A DNA stretch of 37,125 nt from Escherichia phage T7. The first letter of the stretch is position 1; every line of letters begins with the position of its first letter. Shown piece after piece: positions 30,901-37,125 of the stretch. The DNA lies in the sequence record MZ375281.1. One strand, given 5' to 3'. The notes under the pieces were generated by a model. The model saw nothing but the letters and a program-made list of their open reading frames with translations, was not told the origin of the DNA and searched no databases. The translations under genes and the position numbers were made by a program.

Positions 30901-31955
30901 TCGTAGGGACCTTGAAGTATTCAACACAGGAACTGGCTGCTCGCTCTCCGTGGACTAAGCTACTGAACGGAACCACTAACTACCTTCTGGATGCTGCGCG
31001 TCAAGGTATGCTTGGGGATGTTATTAGTGCCACCCTAACAGGTAAGACTACCCGCTGGGAGAAAGAAGGCTTCCTTCGTGGTGCCTCCGTAACTCCTGAG
31101 CAGATGGCTGGCATCAAGTCTCTCATCAAGGAACATATGGTACGCGGTGAGGACGGGAAGTTTACCGTTAAGGACAAGCAAGCGTTCTCTATGGACCCAC
31201 GGGCTATGGACTTATGGAGACTGGCTGACAAGGTAGCTGATGAGGCAATGCTGCGTCCACATAAGGTGTCCTTACAGGATTCCCATGCGTTCGGAGCACT
31301 AGGTAAGATGGTTATGCAGTTTAAGTCTTTCACTATCAAGTCCCTTAACTCTAAGTTCCTGCGAACCTTCTATGATGGATACAAGAACAACCGAGCGATT
31401 GACGCTGCGCTGAGCATCATCACCTCTATGGGTCTCGCTGGTGGTTTCTATGCTATGGCTGCACACGTCAGAGCATACGCTCTGCCTAAGGAGAAACGTA
31501 AGGAGTACTTGGAGCGTGCACTGGACCCAACCATGATTGCCCACGCTGCGTTATCTCGTAGTTCTCAATTGGGTGTTCCTTTGGCTATGGTTGACCTAGT
31601 TGGTGGTGTTTTAGGGTTCGAGTCCTCCAAGATGGCTCGCTCTACGATTCTACCTAAGGACACCGTGAAGGAACGTGACCCAAACAAACCGTACACCTCT
31701 AGAGAGGTAATGGGCGCTATGGGTTCAAACCTTCTGGAACAGATGCCTTCGGCTGGCTTTGTGGCTAACGTAGGGGCTACCTTAATGAATGCTGCTGGCG
31801 TGGTCAACTCACCTAATAAAGCAACCGAGCAGGACTTCATGACTGGTCTTATGAACTCCACAAAAGAGTTAGTACCGAACGACCCATTGACTCAACAGCT
31901 TGTGTTGAAGATTTATGAGGCGAACGGTGTTAACTTGAGGGAGCGTAGGAAATAA
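27999..31955 (+). CDS. 16: Internal core protein gp16 with N-terminal lytic transglycosylase domain
   Basis: 1318-aa ORF; SLT-like N-terminus (TESRF...GLMQF). Confidence 0.97.
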   Translation: MDKYDKNVPSDYDGLFQKAADANGVSYDLLRKVAWTESRFVPTAKSKTGPLGMMQFTKATAKALGLRVTDGPDDDRLNPELAINAAAKQLAGLVGKFDGDELKAALAYNQGEGRLGNPQLEAYSKGDFASISEEGRNYIRNLLDVAKSPMAGQLETFGGITPKGKGIPAEVGLAGIGHKQKVTQELPESTSFDVKGIEQEATAKPFAKDFWETHGETLDEYNSRSTFFGFKNAAEAELSNSVAGMAFRAGRLDNGFDVFKDTITPTRWNSHIWTPEELEKIRTEVKNPAYINVVTGGSPENLDDLIKLANENFENDSRAAEAGLGAKLSAGIIGAGVDPLSYVPMVGVTGKGFKLINKALVVGAESAALNVASEGLRTSVAGGDADYAGAALGGFVFGAGMSAISDAVAAGLKRSKPEAEFDNEFIGPMMRLEARETARNANSADLSRMNTENMKFEGEHNGVPYEDLPTERGAVVLHDGSVLSASNPINPKTLKEFSEVDPEKAARGIKLAGFTEIGLKTLGSDDADIRRVAIDLVRSPTGMQSGASGKFGATASDIHERLHGTDQRTYNDLYKAMSDAMKDPEFSTGGAKMSREETRYTIYRRAALAIERPELQKALTPSERIVMDIIKRHFDTKRELMENPAIFGNTKAVSIFPESRHKGTYVPHVYDRHAKALMIQRYGAEGLQEGIARSWMNSYVSRPEVKARVDEMLKELHGVKEVTPEMVEKYAMDKAYGISHSDQFTNSSIIEENIEGLVGIENNSFLEARNLFDSDLSITMPDGQQFSVNDLRDFDMFRIMPAYDRCVNSDIAIMGSTGKTTKELKDEILALKAKAEGDGKKTGEVHALMDTVKILTGRARRNQDTVWETSLRAINDLGFFAKNAYMGAQNITEIAGMIVTGNVRALGHGIPILRDTLYKSKPVSAKELKELHASLFGKEVDQLIRPRRADIVQRLREATDTGPAVANIVGTLKYSTQELAARSPWTKLLNGTTNYLLDAARQGMLGDVISATLTGKTTRWEKEGFLRGASVTPEQMAGIKSLIKEHMVRGEDGKFTVKDKQAFSMDPRAMDLWRLADKVADEAMLRPHKVSLQDSHAFGALGKMVMQFKSFTIKSLNSKFLRTFYDGYKNNRAIDAALSIITSMGLAGGFYAMAAHVRAYALPKEKRKEYLERALDPTMIAHAALSRSSQLGVPLAMVDLVGGVLGFESSKMARSTILPKDTVKERDPNKPYTSREVMGAMGSNLLEQMPSAGFVANVGATLMNAAGVVNSPNKATEQDFMTGLMNSTKELVPNDPLTQQLVLKIYEANGVNLRERRK

Positions 31956-31975
31956 TACGACTCACTATAGGGAGA
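31953..31975 (+). promoter_or_regulatory. T7 class III promoter phi17
   Basis: TAATACGACTCACTATAGGGAGA, +1 at 31970. Confidence 0.95.
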
Positions 31976-32027
31976 GGCGAAATAATCTTCTCCCTGTAGT
32001 CTCTTAGATTTACTTTAAGGAGGTCAA

Positions 32028-33689
32028 ATGGCTAACGTAATTAAAACCGTTTTGACTTACCAGTTAGATGGCTCCAATCGTGATTTTAATATCCCGTTTG
32101 AGTATCTAGCCCGTAAGTTCGTAGTGGTAACTCTTATTGGTGTAGACCGAAAGGTCCTTACGATTAATACAGACTATCGCTTTGCTACACGTACTACTAT
32201 CTCTCTGACAAAGGCTTGGGGTCCAGCCGATGGCTACACGACCATCGAGTTACGTCGAGTAACCTCCACTACCGACCGATTGGTTGACTTTACGGATGGT
32301 TCAATCCTCCGCGCGTATGACCTTAACGTCGCTCAGATTCAAACGATGCACGTAGCGGAAGAGGCCCGTGACCTCACTACGGATACTATCGGTGTCAATA
32401 ACGATGGTCACTTGGATGCTCGTGGTCGTCGAATTGTGAACCTAGCGAACGCCGTGGATGACCGCGATGCTGTTCCGTTTGGTCAACTAAAGACCATGAA
32501 CCAGAACTCATGGCAAGCACGTAATGAAGCCTTACAGTTCCGTAATGAGGCTGAGACTTTCAGAAACCAAGCGGAGGGCTTTAAGAACGAGTCCAGTACC
32601 AACGCTACGAACACAAAGCAGTGGCGCGATGAGACCAAGGGTTTCCGAGACGAAGCCAAGCGGTTCGAGAATACGGCTGGTCAATACGCTACATCTGCTG
32701 GGAACTCTGCTTCCGCTGCGCATCAATCTGAGGTAAACGCTGAGAACTCTGCCACAGCATCCGCTAACTCTGCTCATTTGGCAGAACAGCAAGCAGACCG
32801 TGCGGAACGTGAGGCAGACAAGCTGGAAAATTACAATGGATTGGCTGGTGCAATTGATAAGGTAGATGGAACCAATGTGTACTGGAAAGGAAATATTCAC
32901 GCTAACGGGCGCCTTTACATGACCACAAACGGTTTTGACTGTGGCCAGTATCAACAGTTCTTTGGTGGTGTCACTAATCGTTACTCTGTCATGGAGTGGG
33001 GAGATGAGAACGGATGGCTGATGTATGTTCAACGTAGAGAGTGGACAACAGCGATAGGCGGTAACATCCAGTTAGTAGTAAACGGACAGATCATCACCCA
33101 AGGTGGAGCCATGACCGGTCAGCTAAAATTGCAGAATGGGCATGTTCTTCAATTAGAGTCCGCATCCGACAAGGCGCACTATATTCTATCTAAAGATGGT
33201 AACAGGAATAACTGGTACATTGGTAGAGGGTCAGATAACAACAATGACTGTACCTTCCACTCCTATGTACATGGTACGACCTTAACACTCAAGCAGGACT
33301 ATGCAGTAGTTAACAAACACTTCCACGTAGGTCAGGCCGTTGTGGCCACTGATGGTAATATTCAAGGTACTAAGTGGGGAGGTAAATGGCTGGATGCTTA
33401 CCTACGTGACAGCTTCGTTGCGAAGTCCAAGGCGTGGACTCAGGTGTGGTCTGGTAGTGCTGGCGGTGGGGTAAGTGTGACTGTTTCACAGGATCTCCGC
33501 TTCCGCAATATCTGGATTAAGTGTGCCAACAACTCTTGGAACTTCTTCCGTACTGGCCCCGATGGAATCTACTTCATAGCCTCTGATGGTGGATGGTTAC
33601 GATTCCAAATACACTCCAACGGTCTCGGATTCAAGAATATTGCAGACAGTCGTTCAGTACCTAAGGCAATCATGGTGGAGAACGAGTAA
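32028..33689 (+). CDS. 17: Tail fibre protein gp17
   Basis: 553-aa ORF MANVIKTVLTYQLDGSNRDF... Confidence 0.98.
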   Translation: MANVIKTVLTYQLDGSNRDFNIPFEYLARKFVVVTLIGVDRKVLTINTDYRFATRTTISLTKAWGPADGYTTIELRRVTSTTDRLVDFTDGSILRAYDLNVAQIQTMHVAEEARDLTTDTIGVNNDGHLDARGRRIVNLANAVDDRDAVPFGQLKTMNQNSWQARNEALQFRNEAETFRNQAEGFKNESSTNATNTKQWRDETKGFRDEAKRFENTAGQYATSAGNSASAAHQSEVNAENSATASANSAHLAEQQADRAEREADKLENYNGLAGAIDKVDGTNVYWKGNIHANGRLYMTTNGFDCGQYQQFFGGVTNRYSVMEWGDENGWLMYVQRREWTTAIGGNIQLVVNGQIITQGGAMTGQLKLQNGHVLQLESASDKAHYILSKDGNRNNWYIGRGSDNNNDCTFHSYVHGTTLTLKQDYAVVNKHFHVGQAVVATDGNIQGTKWGGKWLDAYLRDSFVAKSKAWTQVWSGSAGGGVSVTVSQDLRFRNIWIKCANNSWNFFRTGPDGIYFIASDGGWLRFQIHSNGLGFKNIADSRSVPKAIMVENE

Positions 33690-33747
33690 TTGGTAAATCA
33701 CAAGGAAAGACGTGTAGTCCACGGATGGACTCTCAAGGAGGTACAAG

Positions 33748-33951
33748 GTGCTATCATTAGACTTTAACAACGAATTGATTAAGGCTGCTCCAATTGTTGG
33801 GACGGGTGTAGCAGATGTTAGTGCTCGACTGTTCTTTGGGTTAAGCCTTAACGAATGGTTCTACGTTGCTGCTATCGCCTACACAGTGGTTCAGATTGGT
33901 GCCAAGGTAGTCGATAAGATGATTGACTGGAAGAAAGCCAATAAGGAGTGA
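33748..33951 (+). CDS. 17.5: Holin gp17.5
   Basis: 67-aa ORF with hydrophobic segment. Confidence 0.92.
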   Translation: MLSLDFNNELIKAAPIVGTGVADVSARLFFGLSLNEWFYVAAIAYTVVQIGAKVVDKMIDWKKANKE

Positions 33952-33956
33952 TATGT

Positions 33957-34226
33957 ATGGAAAAGGATAAGAGCCTTATTACATTCTTAGAGATGTTGGA
34001 CACTGCGATGGCTCAGCGTATGCTTGCGGACCTTTCGGACCATGAGCGTCGCTCTCCGCAACTCTATAATGCTATTAACAAACTGTTAGACCGCCACAAG
34101 TTCCAGATTGGTAAGTTGCAGCCGGATGTTCACATCTTAGGTGGCCTTGCTGGTGCTCTTGAAGAGTACAAAGAGAAAGTCGGTGATAACGGTCTTACGG
34201 ATGATGATATTTACACATTACAGTGA
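33957..34226 (+). CDS. 18: Terminase small subunit gp18
   Basis: 89 aa from ATG 33957 (MEKDKSLITF...). Confidence 0.93.
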   Translation: MEKDKSLITFLEMLDTAMAQRMLADLSDHERRSPQLYNAINKLLDRHKFQIGKLQPDVHILGGLAGALEEYKEKVGDNGLTDDDIYTLQ

Positions 34227-34275
34227 TATACTCAAGGCCACTACAGATAGTGGTCTTTATGGATGTCATTGTCTA
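34227..34275 (+). promoter_or_regulatory. Candidate RNase III site R18.5
   Basis: Inverted repeat ctcaaggccactacagatagtggtcttt. Confidence 0.4.
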
Positions 34276-34320
34276 TACGAGATGCTCCTACGTGAAATCT
34301 GAAAGTTAACGGGAGGCATT

Positions 34321-34752
34321 ATGCTAGAATTTTTACGTAAGCTAATCCCTTGGGTTCTCGCTGGGATGCTATTCGGGTTAGGATGGCATCTAGGGTCAGA
34401 CTCAATGGACGCTAAATGGAAACAGGAGGTACACAATGAGTACGTTAAGAGAGTTGAGGCTGCGAAGAGCACTCAAAGAGCAATCGATGCGGTATCTGCT
34501 AAGTATCAAGAAGACCTTGCCGCGCTGGAAGGGAGCACTGATAGGATTATTTCTGATTTGCGTAGCGACAATAAGCGGTTGCGCGTCAGAGTCAAAACTA
34601 CCGGAACCTCCGATGGTCAGTGTGGATTCGAGCCTGATGATCGAGCCGAACTTGACGACCGAGATGCTAAACGTATTCTCGCAGTGACCCAGAAGGGTGA
34701 CGCATGGATTCGTGCGTTACAGGATACTATTCGTGAACTGCAACGTAAGTAG
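34321..34752 (+). CDS. 18.5: Spanin inner-membrane subunit (Rz-like) gp18.5
   Basis: 143-aa ORF with N-terminal TM segment. Confidence 0.93.
   Translation: MLEFLRKLIPWVLAGMLFGLGWHLGSDSMDAKWKQEVHNEYVKRVEAAKSTQRAIDAVSAKYQEDLAALEGSTDRIISDLRSDNKRLRVRVKTTGTSDGQCGFEPDDRAELDDRDAKRILAVTQKGDAWIRALQDTIRELQRK
34436..34687 (+). CDS. 18.7: Spanin outer-membrane lipoprotein (Rz1-like) gp18.7, embedded in 18.5 in another frame
   Basis: 83-aa ORF with lipobox-like ISGCAS. Confidence 0.85.
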   Translation: MSTLRELRLRRALKEQSMRYLLSIKKTLPRWKGALIGLFLICVATISGCASESKLPEPPMVSVDSSLMIEPNLTTEMLNVFSQ

Positions 34753-34773
34753 GAAATCAAGTAAGGAGGCAAT

Positions 34774-36534
34774 GTGTCTACTCAATCCAATCGTAATGCG
34801 CTCGTAGTGGCGCAACTGAAAGGAGACTTCGTGGCGTTCCTATTCGTCTTATGGAAGGCGCTAAACCTACCGGTGCCCACTAAGTGTCAGATTGACATGG
34901 CTAAGGTGCTGGCGAATGGAGACAACAAGAAGTTCATCTTACAGGCTTTCCGTGGTATCGGTAAGTCGTTCATCACATGTGCGTTCGTTGTGTGGTCCTT
35001 ATGGAGAGACCCTCAGTTGAAGATACTTATCGTATCAGCCTCTAAGGAGCGTGCAGACGCTAACTCCATCTTTATTAAGAACATCATTGACCTGCTGCCA
35101 TTCCTATCTGAGTTAAAGCCAAGACCCGGACAGCGTGACTCGGTAATCAGCTTTGATGTAGGCCCAGCCAATCCTGACCACTCTCCTAGTGTGAAATCAG
35201 TAGGTATCACTGGTCAGTTAACTGGTAGCCGTGCTGACATTATCATTGCGGATGACGTTGAGATTCCGTCTAACAGCGCAACTATGGGTGCCCGTGAGAA
35301 GCTATGGACTCTGGTTCAGGAGTTCGCTGCATTACTTAAACCGCTGCCTTCCTCTCGCGTTATCTACCTTGGTACACCTCAGACAGAGATGACTCTCTAT
35401 AAGGAACTTGAGGATAACCGTGGGTACACAACCATTATCTGGCCTGCTCTGTACCCAAGGACACGTGAAGAGAACCTCTATTACTCACAGCGTCTTGCTC
35501 CTATGTTACGCGCTGAGTACGATGAGAACCCTGAGGCACTTGCTGGGACTCCAACAGACCCAGTGCGCTTTGACCGTGATGACCTGCGCGAGCGTGAGTT
35601 GGAATACGGTAAGGCTGGCTTTACGCTACAGTTCATGCTTAACCCTAACCTTAGTGATGCCGAGAAGTACCCGCTGAGGCTTCGTGACGCTATCGTAGCG
35701 GCCTTAGACTTAGAGAAGGCCCCAATGCATTACCAGTGGCTTCCGAACCGTCAGAACATCATTGAGGACCTTCCTAACGTTGGCCTTAAGGGTGATGACC
35801 TGCATACGTACCAGGATTGTTCCAACAACTCAGGTCAGTACCAACAGAAGATTCTGGTCATTGACCCTAGTGGTCGCGGTAAGGACGAAACAGGTTACGC
35901 TGTGCTGTACACACTGAACGGTTACATCTACCTTATGGAAGCTGGAGGTTTCCGTGATGGCTACTCCGATAAGACCCTTGAGTTACTCGCTAAGAAGGCA
36001 AAGCAATGGGGAGTCCAGACGGTTGTCTACGAGAGTAACTTCGGTGACGGTATGTTCGGTAAGGTATTCAGTCCTATCCTTCTTAAACACCACAACTGTG
36101 CGATGGAAGAGATTCGTGCCCGTGGTATGAAAGAGATGCGTATTTGCGATACCCTTGAGCCAGTCATGCAGACTCACCGCCTTGTAATTCGTGATGAGGT
36201 CATTAGGGCCGACTACCAGTCCGCTCGTGACGTAGACGGTAAGCATGACGTTAAGTACTCGTTGTTCTACCAGATGACCCGTATAACTCGTGAGAAAGGC
36301 GCTCTGGCTCATGATGACCGATTGGATGCCCTTGCGTTAGGCATTGAGTATCTCCGTGAGTCCATGCAGTTGGATTCCGTTAAGGTCGAGGGTGAAGTAC
36401 TTGCTGACTTCCTTGAGGAACACATGATGCGTCCTACGGTTGCTGCTACGCATATCATTGAGATGTCTGTGGGAGGAGTTGATGTGTACTCTGAGGACGA
36501 TGAGGGTTACGGTACGTCTTTCATTGAGTGGTGA
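34774..36534 (+). CDS. 19: Terminase large subunit gp19
   Basis: 586-aa [22 protein letters not shown]...; apparent GTG start 4 nt after AGGAGG. Confidence 0.97.
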   Translation: MSTQSNRNALVVAQLKGDFVAFLFVLWKALNLPVPTKCQIDMAKVLANGDNKKFILQAFRGIGKSFITCAFVVWSLWRDPQLKILIVSASKERADANSIFIKNIIDLLPFLSELKPRPGQRDSVISFDVGPANPDHSPSVKSVGITGQLTGSRADIIIADDVEIPSNSATMGAREKLWTLVQEFAALLKPLPSSRVIYLGTPQTEMTLYKELEDNRGYTTIIWPALYPRTREENLYYSQRLAPMLRAEYDENPEALAGTPTDPVRFDRDDLRERELEYGKAGFTLQFMLNPNLSDAEKYPLRLRDAIVAALDLEKAPMHYQWLPNRQNIIEDLPNVGLKGDDLHTYQDCSNNSGQYQQKILVIDPSGRGKDETGYAVLYTLNGYIYLMEAGGFRDGYSDKTLELLAKKAKQWGVQTVVYESNFGDGMFGKVFSPILLKHHNCAMEEIRARGMKEMRICDTLEPVMQTHRLVIRDEVIRADYQSARDVDGKHDVKYSLFYQMTRITREKGALAHDDRLDALALGIEYLRESMQLDSVKVEGEVLADFLEEHMMRPTVAATHIIEMSVGGVDVYSEDDEGYGTSFIEW

Positions 36535-36615
36535 TTTATGCATTAGGACTGCATAGGGATGCACTATAGACCACGGATGGTCAGTTCTTTAAGTTACTGA
36601 AAAGACACGATAAAT

Positions 36616-36638
36616 TAATACGACTCACTATAGGGAGA
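36616..36638 (+). promoter_or_regulatory. T7 class III promoter phiOR
   Basis: TAATACGACTCACTATAGGGAGA, +1 at 36633. Confidence 0.95.
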
Positions 36639-36792
36639 GGAGGGACGAAAGGTTACTATATAGATACTGAATGAATACTTATAGAGTGCATAAAGTATGC
36701 ATAATGGTGTACCTAGAGTGACCTCTAAGAATGGTGATTATATTGTATTAGTATCACCTTAACTTAAGGACCAACATAAAGGGAGGAGACTC

Positions 36793-36840
36793 ATGTTCCG
36801 CTTATTGTTGAACCTACTGCGGCATAGAGTCAAGTCCTAA
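36793..36840 (+). pseudogene. 19.5: Remnant of gene 19.5 (MFRLLLNLLRHRVKS*)
   Basis: ATG after gggaggagactc; ORF stops after 15 codons. Confidence 0.55.
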
Positions 36841-36983
36841 GGTATACCCATAAAGAGCCTCTAATGGTCTATCCTAAGTAAAGATAGGCCATCCTATCAG
36901 TGTCACCTAAAGAGGGTCTTAGAGAGGGCCTATGGAGTTCCTATAGGGTCCTCTAAAATATACCATAAAAATCTGAGTGACTA
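36841..36983. repeat. Right-end short CCTAAAG-type repeat region before the terminal repeat
   Basis: cctaag / cctaaag / ataaag units. Confidence 0.6.
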
Positions 36984-37125
36984 TCTCACAGTGTACGGAC
37001 CTAAAGTTCCCCCCATAGGGTGTACCTAAAGCCCAGCCAATCACCTAAAGTCAACCTTCGGTTGACCTTGAGGGTTCCCTAAGGGTTTGTCTTTGGGTGT
37101 ACCTTGAGTGTCTCTCTGTGTCCCT
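36984..37125. repeat. Right direct terminal repeat
   Basis: Identical to bases 1-142. Confidence 0.95.

Noticed and set aside
34772-34776. Gene 19 apparently starting at GTG 34774 rather than the adjacent ATG 34772
   Set aside because: ATG 34772 is out of frame with the 586-aa terminase ORF and stops after a few codons; GTG 34774 is in frame with reasonable spacing from AGGAGG. Not treated as an anomaly.
35408-35677. Internal alternative-frame ORFs within gene 19 (89 aa) and gene 4
   Set aside because: No RBS or conservation argument can be made from sequence alone.

Overview
This window is a complete linear genome of a T7-type podophage (Teseptimavirus, coliphage T7 or a very close derivative), bounded by identical 142-bp direct terminal repeats (1-142 and 36984-37125). 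All genes are on the + strand in canonical T7 order: ocr, protein kinase 0.7, T7 RNA polymerase, ligase, gp2, SSB 2.5, endonuclease I, lysozyme, primase-helicase, DNA polymerase, exonuclease, portal, scaffold, capsid 10A/10B, tail and core proteins, tail fibre, holin, terminase and spanins. Three host-RNAP early promoters, about 17 phage promoters (23-bp TAATACGACTCACTATAGGGAGA family), the TE and T-phi terminators and candidate RNase III hairpins are recognisable. I find no inserted cargo, no reverse-strand genes, no tRNA and no CRISPR, so there is no novel gene system here; the interest is in how this genome differs from standard T7. Compared with reference T7 as I recall it (39,937 bp; not aligned), about 2.8 kb is missing in discrete blocks that each remove a non-essential gene: 0.4-0.6, 1.4, 1.7, 3.8, 4.3, 5.3, 7.7 and 19.5. 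Several of these appear to start exactly at the start codon and keep the downstream ribosome-binding site, which looks engineered rather than natural. Three point-level anomalies stand out: an in-frame TAA that cuts the acidic C-terminal tail off SSB gp2.5; a capsid promoter phi10 that departs from the otherwise invariant class III sequence at -11 and +1; and a gene 3.8 remnant fused in frame to the primase-helicase. All reference comparisons are from memory and need an alignment to confirm.
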